Source: an uncultured archaeon (GTDB taxonomy: Archaea; Iainarchaeota; Iainarchaeia; Iainarchaeales; 1-14-0-10-31-34). Taken from it: a DNA stretch of 64,000 bases. A program made the translations under genes and the position numbers. The notes beneath the pieces were generated by a model that had not been told where the DNA came from, ran no database searches, and saw nothing but the letters and a program-made list of their open reading frames with translations. The stretch covers positions 1 through 64,000 of the forward strand of contig CAZSOZ010000002.1 in the NCBI GenBank assembly GCA_964608675.1, read 5' to 3'. Shown piece by piece: positions 55,514-64,000 of this stretch (positions within the stretch are counted from its first letter, which is position 1; each line of letters begins with the position of its first letter).

Positions 55514-55522
55514 AGTGAAAAA

Positions 55523-56470
55523 ATGCGTGAATTAATTTTAATGAAAGCAATTTCTTTTCTTAAAACACAGGGATTTAATGTAAGCACTTTTTTGGATACA
55601 AATTCTTGTTTTGATTTGGTTGCAAAACGTTCTGATTTAAAGCTTGTAATAAAAATTTATTCGAATATTGATGGATTAAGGAAAGAACAATCAGAAGAAC
55701 TCAAAAAAATTGCAGAAGCATTTAATGCAGTGGTTTTGATTATTGGAGAAAAAACAAAAGCTTTTATTTTAAAAAAAGGAATCGTATATGAAAGGCATTT
55801 GATTCCGGCAATGAATTATTCTACTTTTGTTTCAGTTTTTGATACAGTTGTTCCTTCAGTGAAATATTTTAAAGGAAAATCAATAGTGGAAATTGATTCA
55901 GAGGCATTAAAGGAAAAAAGAAAAGAGAAAGACTTTACTTTGGAGGAGCTTGCAAAAAAAACAGGCATAACAAAAGAATCCTTGTATAGATTAGAGCATG
56001 GTTTTTCAACAAGCCTGGAAACAGCAAAAAAATTAGAGAAATTACTGAAAGCAGATTTGATTATGGAAAAAAATTTGTTGGAAGATTTTGTTTCTGTTTC
56101 AAAGGAAAACAAAGACGAAAAAATTTTTCCTGAAAAATTTGATGATGAAGCCTTGGCAAAAATTCATTCTCTTGGTTTGGATGTATTGGAATTCAGGCAC
56201 GCTCCGTTTAAGGCTTTTGGAACAAAAAAAGAGTTTTTGTTTATTGATAAAGGGAAAGAAAAAACTGAAATGCACAAAAAAGCTTTGGTATTGGAAAAAA
56301 CTAAAGCAGTGTTTGATTCTCACAGCCTTATTTTAACTAAAAAATTTAATCTGGAAAGAATTTCTTTAACTCCAGTAATGCATGAAGAAGAATTAGATTC
56401 TTATTCTAAAGCCCGTGAACTCATGAAGGAAATAAAGAAAAGAGAAAAAGAAAAAAAACACAGGCATTAA
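55523..56470 (+). CDS. Archaeal HTH transcriptional regulator (COG1395-like, nuclease-fold plus Cro HTH)
   Basis: SCFDLVAKR, KIYSNID, GIVYERH, HTH TLEELAKKTGITKESLYRLEHG, APF. Confidence 0.85.
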   Translation: MRELILMKAISFLKTQGFNVSTFLDTNSCFDLVAKRSDLKLVIKIYSNIDGLRKEQSEELKKIAEAFNAVVLIIGEKTKAFILKKGIVYERHLIPAMNYSTFVSVFDTVVPSVKYFKGKSIVEIDSEALKEKRKEKDFTLEELAKKTGITKESLYRLEHGFSTSLETAKKLEKLLKADLIMEKNLLEDFVSVSKENKDEKIFPEKFDDEALAKIHSLGLDVLEFRHAPFKAFGTKKEFLFIDKGKEKTEMHKKALVLEKTKAVFDSHSLILTKKFNLERISLTPVMHEEELDSYSKARELMKEIKKREKEKKHRH

Positions 56471-56539
56471 TATTGTTTTTTCTTTTTTTTAAAAATCAGT
56501 TAGCAACATTTAAATTCAATTAAAGTTACTTTTTTTATT

Positions 56540-57193
56540 ATGTTTAATTTTGAATTGGAAAGAAAAAAACTTGTAATGCATTTGAAAAATATTAATGCAA
56601 TTAAATCAAAGAATGTTGAGAACGCTTTTTTGAATGTTAAACGTGAAAATTTTTTTCCTGAAGGCATGAAAGGAAACGCTTATTCTGATAACGCTTTTCC
56701 TATTGGTTTAGGGCAGACTATTTCTCAGCCGTATACTATTGCAGTAATGCTTGAAATGCTTGATGTAAAAAAAGGCCTGAAAGTATTGGATGTTGGTTCT
56801 GGTTCAGGTTATACTGCGTGCCTTTTATCTGAATTGCTTGGAAAAAAAGGAAAAGTTGTTTCAGTGGAATTGATTGAAGAATTAATGGACAGACAGAAAA
56901 AAAATCCTGAAATAAAAAAAAGAGAAAACATTGAATTCATTCAGGCAGATGCAACAAAAACAGATTTTGGAAAAAATCAGTTTGACAAAATTCTGGTTTC
57001 TGCTGCGTGTCCTTTTCTTCCAAAAAACTTGTTTGATTCATTAAAGGAAAAAGGAACTGCTGTTGCTCCTGTAGGAGACAGATTTTCTCAAAGAATTCAG
57101 TCAATTATCAAATTAAAAGGAAAGCCGTTCAAAGAAGATTTTTTGGAAGGCTTTTTTGTTTTTGTTCCATTAAAAGGAAGTTTTAGTGAATAA
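56540..57193 (+). CDS. pcm: Protein-L-isoaspartate O-methyltransferase
   Basis: GQTISQP, VLDVGSGSGY, FDKILVSAA, FVPL. Confidence 0.93.
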   Translation: MFNFELERKKLVMHLKNINAIKSKNVENAFLNVKRENFFPEGMKGNAYSDNAFPIGLGQTISQPYTIAVMLEMLDVKKGLKVLDVGSGSGYTACLLSELLGKKGKVVSVELIEELMDRQKKNPEIKKRENIEFIQADATKTDFGKNQFDKILVSAACPFLPKNLFDSLKEKGTAVAPVGDRFSQRIQSIIKLKGKPFKEDFLEGFFVFVPLKGSFSE

Positions 57194-57284
57194 AAGAACT
57201 GCGAACCTTTCTGAAGAAACAAATAAATACTCGAAAAGCACTTTAATTATTGAATTATTTTTTAATTCAGGGGGCGACAAGCCT

Positions 57285-57323
57285 ATGGCAAAAAAGAAAG
57301 CAACAAAGAAAAAAAAGAAATAA
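57285..57323 (+). CDS. Possible 12-aa Lys-rich micropeptide MAKKKATKKKKK
   Basis: G-rich RBS-like GGGGGCG, ATG, stop; sits alone in an intergenic gap. Confidence 0.3.
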   Translation: MAKKKATKKKKK

Positions 57324-57366
57324 AAATTAGTTGATTTTGTTTTTTTAAGAAAAGGAATCAAGGATT

Positions 57367-58680
57367 TCAGTTCTTGATTTTCTTTTCTATTTCTTTTTCT
57401 ATTTCTCCTTCATTTATTTCTTCCAAATCATATTTTACTCTTATTATTTTTTTGTTTGTTTTAATTATTTTTGATAAATCAATTGGGGTTCCGCTTAAAA
57501 CTAAATCACATTCAGCTTTGTTGATTGTTTCCTCTAAATCTTTGATTTGTTTTTTTCCGTAACCCATTGCAGGCAGAACTTTGCTTAAATGAAGGTATTT
57601 CTGGAAAGTTTTTTGGATTGATTCCACTGCAAAGGGTTTTGGGTCAACAACATCTGCTCCCTGCTTTTCTGCCATAATTGTTGCGGCTCCAGTGTTCATT
57701 CCTCCGTGGGTAACAGTTGGGCCGTCTTCTACTATCAGAACTTTTTTTCCTTTTAATTCTGTTTCTTCTTCTAATAAAAGTTTTGAATTGCATTCAATTA
57801 TTTTTGCTGAAGGATTCCATTGCTTGATATTTTCTTTTAATTTTTCTACTTTTTCTTTTTTTGCTGTGTTCATTTTGTTGATTATTATTGCATCTGCCAT
57901 CAAAAAGTTTGCCATTCCTGGATGATAACTTAGTTCGTGTCCTGTTCTGAATGGGTCTGCTACAACAAATAATAAATTTGTTTCATAAAATGAAAATTCG
58001 TTGTTTCCTCCGTCCCATAAAAGTATGTCTGCTTCTTTTTCTGCTTCTTTTAGTATTTCTTTGTAATCGACTCCTGCAAACAATATGTTTCCTTTTTCTA
58101 TGTGGGGTTCAAATTCTTCTCTTTCTTCTATTGTGCAGTTGTTTTTTTCCAGGTCTTCATATTTTTCAAAGCGCATTACTTTTTGTTCAACTAAATTTCC
58201 GTAAGGCATTGGTTCTCGAATTACAGCAAATTTTTTTCCTGTTTTTTTAAGTATTTCTGCAATATATCTTGTGGTTTGGCTTTTTCCGCATCCTGTTCTC
58301 ACTGCATTAACTGCAATAACTGGTTTACTTGATTTTAATTGCATTGCTTTTGGTCCAAGCAGTTGAAAGGAAGCTCCTGCACTTAAAACAAGTGAAGCTC
58401 TTTTCATTACGTAATCAAAGGAATTATCTGAATAAGAAAAAAAAACTAAATCAATGTTTTTTTCTTTAATTAATTCAGTTAATTTTTCTTCTGATTCAAT
58501 TGGAATGCCTTTTGGATAAAGTTTTCCTGCTAATTCTTTTGGATAAATTCTGCTGTCTATTCCAGGAATTTGTTCTGCAGTAAAACACACTACTTCAAAT
58601 TCTTGGTTGTTTTGAAAATATGAATTAAAGTCATGGAAATCCCTGCCTGCGGCCCCCATAATAATTACTCTTTTTTTCAT
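57367..58680 (-). CDS. COG2403 P-loop protein (cyclic 2,3-DPG synthetase homologue; candidate arginine synthetase ArcE)
   Basis: IMGAAGRDFHDFN, AVRTGCGKSQT, TIEEREE, WDGGNN, EDGPTVTHGGM, LPAMGY. Confidence 0.82.
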   Translation of the reverse strand: MKKRVIIMGAAGRDFHDFNSYFQNNQEFEVVCFTAEQIPGIDSRIYPKELAGKLYPKGIPIESEEKLTELIKEKNIDLVFFSYSDNSFDYVMKRASLVLSAGASFQLLGPKAMQLKSSKPVIAVNAVRTGCGKSQTTRYIAEILKKTGKKFAVIREPMPYGNLVEQKVMRFEKYEDLEKNNCTIEEREEFEPHIEKGNILFAGVDYKEILKEAEKEADILLWDGGNNEFSFYETNLLFVVADPFRTGHELSYHPGMANFLMADAIIINKMNTAKKEKVEKLKENIKQWNPSAKIIECNSKLLLEEETELKGKKVLIVEDGPTVTHGGMNTGAATIMAEKQGADVVDPKPFAVESIQKTFQKYLHLSKVLPAMGYGKKQIKDLEETINKAECDLVLSGTPIDLSKIIKTNKKIIRVKYDLEEINEGEIEKEIEKKIKN

Positions 58681-58744
58681 AAAATTGCCTCCAATTTTTT
58701 TCTGAATTCATTAATTTTTTTTATTTAGAAAAACCACGATATTT

Positions 58745-59356
58745 TTATTTTTCCCAAAGCTCTTTTTTGTCTTTTCCCTGTTTATGCATTTCAATTTCAT
58801 TCATTAATTTTTCTCTTTCATCTGTTTTTTTTTGGTCTGCAAAAAAAGGTTTGATTAAAAAGAAAACAAAAGCCAGAACAACATCCAAAAATATTATGTA
58901 TAAAAAAAAAGCGTGGTTGAGAATAACAAAATAGCCCAGCAGAAAGATTCTCAGTAAAATAAGAATTGAAGCATAATTGTGCCCCTGGTATTTTCTTTTA
59001 TAAACTGCAATTCCTAAAATCAAGGAAATTAATCCGAATAATCCAAGCAAAAGAAATTCAAACAAATGCTCTGCTTTTATTATTTCTAGTTCTGGAAACA
59101 AAAGAAAAAAATAAAATATTTCTACAATCCAGGTAAGAAACAAAAGCGTTCCTGCAGTTTTTACTGCCAGAGGATTTATTTCTTCTCCTTTGTTTTCTTT
59201 TGATTCTTTTTTTTTGTATTCTCTGTTCACTTCTTCCAAAAGCCTTAAAGGATAACCAGACAATTCAAGAAATTTAATGATTTCTTTTTCATCCATTCCT
59301 TGTTTTTTTTTCTGTTTTATTCTTTTTTTGATTTCTCTGTAATCTGTTTCATGCAT
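58745..59356 (-). CDS. Hypothetical membrane protein
   Basis: Basic N-terminal domain plus four TMs. Confidence 0.65.
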   Translation of the reverse strand: MHETDYREIKKRIKQKKKQGMDEKEIIKFLELSGYPLRLLEEVNREYKKKESKENKGEEINPLAVKTAGTLLFLTWIVEIFYFFLLFPELEIIKAEHLFEFLLLGLFGLISLILGIAVYKRKYQGHNYASILILLRIFLLGYFVILNHAFFLYIIFLDVVLAFVFFLIKPFFADQKKTDEREKLMNEIEMHKQGKDKKELWEK

Positions 59357-59362
59357 TCTTTT

Positions 59363-60271
59363 TTACCGCCTTTTTGTCACAAAAACTATTTCGTTTGGAA
59401 AATCTATTTTTGCATTCAGATAGAGGTCATTCTCTTTAATAAATTTTTTTATGATTGAGGTTTCTCTGAATGAAATTTTTTCTTTTTTTGTCATGGATTC
59501 TTTTGAACAACTTAAAATAATCCATTTAGCAGGAATCAATTCAATTAAATTTTCAGTAGAACCTTTTTTTTCTCTTTCCATTACAGGAATTAATTTAAGC
59601 AGAAAAGCTGAATCAAATTTTTTTCCGTTGTTTAAATCAAGCAATTCATTTCGTGTTTCAAAATCTGTTTCCATTAAATTCAAAAAAAAGCCTTTTCCGT
59701 TTACTTCAGAGTATTTTTTTATTAAAGAAAAATATTCATTCATCTGCTTTATGAACTCTTTTTTGTATTCTGTTCCTGCAAAAAAAATTTTTTTTAATCC
59801 AAGAAATGGAACAGAAAAATAATTGAATCCAGCAGATACATCAAGAATTGATTCAGGTTTTCCTGTTATCCTAAAAATTTTCCTGTAAAATTCAGGATAA
59901 AAATCAATTCTTTCTCTTGAAGAAACATGCATTTCCAGCATTTGTTTGTGCAAGCCAATTGTTTTTTCAAGTTTTTTTTCTTTTTTAATTTTTTCTTTTA
60001 ATTCATTAAATTTTTCTTTTATTTTTTCTTCTGGTTCGTGTTTGTACTGCCTTAATTCATAATAAATTTTCTTTTTTGTTTTTTTCATTACTTTTTTGTA
60101 TTCACTCCATTTCTCGAAATTTTTTTTCTCTGAAAACTCTAAAATATTTTCCATGAATTTTTTGTTTTTGAAGGCTTCCTCTAAAAAGACTTCTTTTGCT
60201 TTTTTTTCAGAAACCTTGTACCTTTTAACTATTTTTTTAGTTGAATTCTCAACAATTTTTTCGGGAATCAT
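59363..60271 (-). CDS. ArmA/Rmt/Sgm (FmrO)-family 16S rRNA m7G1405 methyltransferase-like protein
   Basis: MHVSSRER...FY..IF...PESILDVSAGFN; D.AFLLKLIPVMEREKKG; C-terminal PNEIVFV. Confidence 0.78.
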   Translation of the reverse strand: MIPEKIVENSTKKIVKRYKVSEKKAKEVFLEEAFKNKKFMENILEFSEKKNFEKWSEYKKVMKKTKKKIYYELRQYKHEPEEKIKEKFNELKEKIKKEKKLEKTIGLHKQMLEMHVSSRERIDFYPEFYRKIFRITGKPESILDVSAGFNYFSVPFLGLKKIFFAGTEYKKEFIKQMNEYFSLIKKYSEVNGKGFFLNLMETDFETRNELLDLNNGKKFDSAFLLKLIPVMEREKKGSTENLIELIPAKWIILSCSKESMTKKEKISFRETSIIKKFIKENDLYLNAKIDFPNEIVFVTKRR

Positions 60272-61297
60272 TTAAAACCATTTTCCTAAAGAGCTCTGCT
60301 TTCCTTTTTCATCAAGTTTTTTTTGCAGTTTATCCAGAGTGTTTGCAACTCTTTCTTTGCTGAACTGGTGTTTTTCATGAAGCAATTCAATTATTTTTTC
60401 TTTGTCTGCATTCATGAATTTTATTTCAAAGTCTTCTTCGTATTCAGGTTTCAAAAAAATCTTTTCAATTTCTTTCCAGTCAAAATCAATTTTGTGTTCT
60501 GTTTTTTTAAGTATTTCTTCAAAGGAATCATTTTCTTTAACTAATTTTAATGCAGTTTTTGGGCCTATTTTAGGGAATTTTTCATTGAAGTCTGTTCCCA
60601 CTAAAATTCCAATCCAGACAAGTTTTTTTCTGGTTATCTCATTTTTTTCTAATACTTTGTTTAATTCAATTCTTTCAGGAAAACTTTCAATATAAATGTT
60701 TCTGCCTGGAACTTTTCTTTTTCCTCCGACAGTAATGTTTCTCAGCAAAACAGGGCTTCCAAACAATAATGCATCAAAATCCTGGCTTATACATCCGTAA
60801 ACTTCTTTTTTTTCTGCCATAACAGAAATTTGTGCTTCTCCTTCTCCTTTTGCCTGAATTACAGGCAATCCCATTAATTCAACTAATTTTTTTGCTTCTT
60901 CAATCATTTCATCTGTTAATCTTGAACTCTGCTGGGCAAATTTTTTTGCTTCTTTTAAGTCTCCTTTTTTTTGTGCTTCCTTCATTTTTTTTTCTGCTGA
61001 AGTCCTTATTTCTCGTCTTTTTTTTCTTGTTTTTTCTTTTAAAGGATGAGGTTTTCCGTCAAAAACAAAAACCGGTTTAATGTCCCTGCTTAACAGGTTA
61101 GTAGTGCGGTAAAATAATCCGGTTAAATGAGAAGTAACTTTTCCCGCTGAATCCATTAAAGGGCTTCCGTCCTGCCCCCTGATATTTGAAAGAAACTGAT
61201 ACAAAATATTAAATGAATCAATTCCAACTATTTTATTAGAAAGAGCATCTAATTCAATTTGCTCTTTTTTAACTAAATCCCCTAAATGAGTTCCCAT
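60272..61297 (-). CDS. fen: Flap endonuclease-1
   Basis: YQFLSNIRGQDG, TSHLTGLFYR, FVFDG, EGEAQ, SQDFD, LVGTDFN, PIP box QSSLGKWF. Confidence 0.97.
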   Translation of the reverse strand: MGTHLGDLVKKEQIELDALSNKIVGIDSFNILYQFLSNIRGQDGSPLMDSAGKVTSHLTGLFYRTTNLLSRDIKPVFVFDGKPHPLKEKTRKKRREIRTSAEKKMKEAQKKGDLKEAKKFAQQSSRLTDEMIEEAKKLVELMGLPVIQAKGEGEAQISVMAEKKEVYGCISQDFDALLFGSPVLLRNITVGGKRKVPGRNIYIESFPERIELNKVLEKNEITRKKLVWIGILVGTDFNEKFPKIGPKTALKLVKENDSFEEILKKTEHKIDFDWKEIEKIFLKPEYEEDFEIKFMNADKEKIIELLHEKHQFSKERVANTLDKLQKKLDEKGKQSSLGKWF

Positions 61298-61561
61298 TTT
61301 TTCTCTATAAAAAAGATTAATGCAAAGGCATTTTAAGCTTTTATTTGCATTATATTTAAAAGAAAAAAGCGCAGAAAATTAGCTTAACCTAATTTCCTTT
61401 ATAAAGGAAATTGAACCAAAACCTTTATATAGAACCTATGTAGCAATTTATATACTAATATGCTAATTTGTCCTTGTTTTTTACTGCATATTGAATCCCG
61501 TTAGAAAGATTTGGCGAGATAAAAAATAAATTTTTTTTTAATAAAAGAAGGTGAGTTTTAA

Positions 61562-62464
61562 ATGGTTGAATGCCCAGATTGCAAAAGCAAAAACGTAAGA
61601 AGAGATCCTGAAAAAGGAGAATTAGTCTGTCAGAACTGCGGTTTAGTTATGGAAGAAGACGAAATAGACCAAGGAAAAGAATGGAGAAGCTTTGATTCAG
61701 ACCAATTCGAAGAAAGAGCAAGAACAGGAAGCCCTATGAAATACGTTAAATTAAACAAAGGGTTAGTGACAATGATTGACAGAAGAGGAACAGATTTAAG
61801 AGGAAACAAACTGTCTTCAAAGTCAAGAGCTCAAATGTACAGATTAATTAAATGGCATAAAAGAGCTTCAATTTCAAGTTCAATGCAAAGAAATTTGTCA
61901 ATTGCATTAACTGAATTAAGAAGAGTTGCTTCGTATTTGAATATTCCTGAATCTTTAGTTGAAGCAGCCGCACTCTTATACAGAAAAACAGTAAAAAAAG
62001 GATTAATTAGAGGAAGATTAATTGAAGCAGTTGTTGCAGCAGTTTTGTATACAGTTTGTAGAACTTATCATGTTCCAAGAACCTTAAACGAAATGGCTGA
62101 AGCATCAGGTTTAACCAAAAAAGAAATTGGAAGAACTTACAGGTTTTTGGTCAGAGAACTAAAATTAGAGGTTCCTTTAACTAATCCAATTCATTACATT
62201 CCAAGATTTGCTTCTGAATTAAATCTTTCAGGAGAAGTCCAGGAAGAAGGAAGAAAAATCCTTGAAGAAGCAATTGGAAATGGATTAATCTCTGGAAGAG
62301 GTCCAACAGGAGTTGCAGCAGCAGCAGTATACATCGCTGGATTACTAAAAGGAGAAAGAAGAACACAAAAAGAAGTAGCAAATGTTGCAGGGGTAACAGA
62401 AGTTACAATTAGAAACAGGTATAGGGAACTCAAAAAAAGATTAAATATTGAGGTGGTTGCTTAA
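61562..62464 (+). CDS. tfb: Transcription initiation factor IIB
   Basis: CPDC...GELVCQNCG, EWRSF, two cyclin repeats, GVTEVTIRNRY. Confidence 0.98.
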   Translation: MVECPDCKSKNVRRDPEKGELVCQNCGLVMEEDEIDQGKEWRSFDSDQFEERARTGSPMKYVKLNKGLVTMIDRRGTDLRGNKLSSKSRAQMYRLIKWHKRASISSSMQRNLSIALTELRRVASYLNIPESLVEAAALLYRKTVKKGLIRGRLIEAVVAAVLYTVCRTYHVPRTLNEMAEASGLTKKEIGRTYRFLVRELKLEVPLTNPIHYIPRFASELNLSGEVQEEGRKILEEAIGNGLISGRGPTGVAAAAVYIAGLLKGERRTQKEVANVAGVTEVTIRNRYRELKKRLNIEVVA

Positions 62465-62541
62465 ACCCCTTTTTTTCTTTTTTTTTGTTCAGGAGTTATG
62501 TATATTCATTAATTGTTATACTTTAAAATGGAGGTAGTATA

Positions 62542-62727
62542 ATGAATCAGTTAGGAAGAATAACAGCTTTGTTTAACGATTTAAAAGCAAACCTTGGATT
62601 AAAGCAGACAAAATTAAAAACTGTTAAAACTAATGCAAAGATTTCAAGAAACAAAGCTAAAAGAACAGTGAGAACCAGAAATAAAGCAAGAACTTCCAAA
62701 AAGAAATCAGTCAGAAAAAGAAAATAA
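62542..62727 (+). CDS. Small highly basic protein
   Basis: GGAGGT RBS; Arg/Lys-rich C-terminal half. Confidence 0.6.
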   Translation: MNQLGRITALFNDLKANLGLKQTKLKTVKTNAKISRNKAKRTVRTRNKARTSKKKSVRKRK

Positions 62728-62837
62728 AAATTTTTTTAAAAAATTTTTATTAAAATCCAGCTAAAGCTGATTTCTAATTTCTTTTTTTTTATTTTTTTAG
62801 CAAATTATTTTAAACTTTAAATGCATTCTTTTTTTTG

Positions 62838-63185
62838 ATGAATTATTTGTTTGTTTTAATTGGTCTTGCAGTTGAAGCAATTGTATTGTTTTATACTGCA
62901 AAATTTTTTTCTGTTAAAAACAATAATGCCCAAAAAGCGATTGCTGTAGTTTTAGCTTCTTTTTTTGCAGGCAATTTAATTGGACCTTTTCTTGTTTCTG
63001 TGTTTTTTTCTCCTTTTGTTGCCGTGCTTCTTCCGTTTATTCCTTTAATTCTTGTTGTTGTCTTGTTGTTAAGATTAATTATAATAAAAATAGTTTACGG
63101 CACAGGAATTGGAACTGCTTTTGGAATTTGGATTGTTTCTGCAATAGCTTCAATCGGCTTGTCGTTTTTTCTTCCTTTTTATTAG
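62838..63185 (+). CDS. Hypothetical membrane protein
   Basis: Four hydrophobic helices. Confidence 0.65.
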   Translation: MNYLFVLIGLAVEAIVLFYTAKFFSVKNNNAQKAIAVVLASFFAGNLIGPFLVSVFFSPFVAVLLPFIPLILVVVLLLRLIIIKIVYGTGIGTAFGIWIVSAIASIGLSFFLPFY

Positions 63186-63194
63186 TTAATTAAT

Positions 63195-63494
63195 TTATTT
63201 CGTTTCTTTTTTGTTTGTTTTTGTTTCTGTGTTTTTTCTTTTTATTTTGATTTTTGTTCCTATTGCGGTTCCGGGCAGGCCTTTTTCCATTCTTGTTATT
63301 ACTGCTCCTTTGTTTCCGTGAACTCTGGTTATTTTTCCTTGAATTGTTTTTCCGCTTAAAGTTTTCCATTCAGTTTTTTTTCCAATTAAGTCTGATGCTT
63401 TTGTTTTTGAGTCAACTGAATCACTGACTAAAACAAACTGGTTTGTATGCTGTGTTCTTCTTCCTCTTCTGAAATTTTTTATTGTCATTTCCAT
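63195..63494 (-). CDS. rpl35ae: 50S ribosomal protein L35Ae
   Basis: NFRRGRRTQ..NQ, LIGK, GKITRVHGNKGAV, GLPG.AIG. Confidence 0.93.
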   Translation of the reverse strand: MEMTIKNFRRGRRTQHTNQFVLVSDSVDSKTKASDLIGKKTEWKTLSGKTIQGKITRVHGNKGAVITRMEKGLPGTAIGTKIKIKRKNTETKTNKKETK

Positions 63495-63635
63495 TAATAA
63501 TCCCCTTTTTTAAAACTAAAAAAATAGGTTTTTTTACCAAAAAATTGTGTATCGCAATACTTTTAAATCAAACTTTTTTTGTTTTTGTTTCCATTAATCT
63601 ATTAAACTTTTCAGCTATTCTTTTTTTGAGAGAGT

Positions 63636-64000
63636 ATGCTGATTGCAGGAATTGATGAAGCAGGCAGAGGGCCGGTGTTTGGGCCAATGGTACTGGCGGT
63701 CTGCACTATTCATAAAACAGATGAAGAAAAACTAATTAAGCTTGGAGTAAAAGACTCTAAACTTCTTTCTGTAAAAGAAAGAGCAAGACAATTTAATGAA
63801 ATTAAATGTATGGTAAAAGAATTTGGTTCAATTCAGGTTTCTCCGAAAGAAATTGATTTACTTAGAGACAGAAGGTCTTTGAATGAAATTGAAGCAATGA
63901 GAATAGGAATACTTTTAAATGAATTAAAAGAAAAACCAGAAATAGTTTTTGTTGATTCTCCTGACCATATAGCTCCAAATTTTGCTTTAAGAATAAAAAA
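63636..64000 (+). CDS. rnhB: Ribonuclease HII (partial, runs off window)
   Basis: [39 protein letters not shown]; not in ORF track. Confidence 0.95.
   Translation, partial: MLIAGIDEAGRGPVFGPMVLAVCTIHKTDEEKLIKLGVKDSKLLSVKERARQFNEIKCMVKEFGSIQVSPKEIDLLRDRRSLNEIEAMRIGILLNELKEKPEIVFVDSPDHIAPNFALRIK

Overview
Very AT-rich archaeal chromosome segment, evidenced by TFB, FEN-1, deoxyhypusine synthase, L35Ae/L40e/L41e, archaeal rRNAs and intron-containing tRNAs. The divergent 16S and gene content suggest a DPANN lineage, plausibly Ca. Diapherotrites/Iainarchaeota (inference). Contents: a 16S-tRNA(Ala)-23S operon without 5S, RNase P RNA, seven tRNAs (two with introns), a complete 10-gene his operon with an AbrB-ACT regulator, a minimal [FeFe]-hydrogenase, housekeeping genes and surface lipoproteins. 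Four observations stand out. (1) An apparently split alarmone system: a long RelA/SpoT homologue with intact HD hydrolase but decayed synthetase, plus a separate stand-alone synthetase-domain protein with a large helical insertion. (2) An ArmA/Rmt-like 16S m7G1405 methyltransferase in a genome whose 16S has a compensatory G1405A/C1496U swap at that target. (3) Two families of palindromic repeats seen only around stable-RNA genes, one of which makes up a 131-nt tRNA intron. (4) A candidate arginine-synthetase energy pathway. All protein calls come from motif recognition by eye; no database searches were run.
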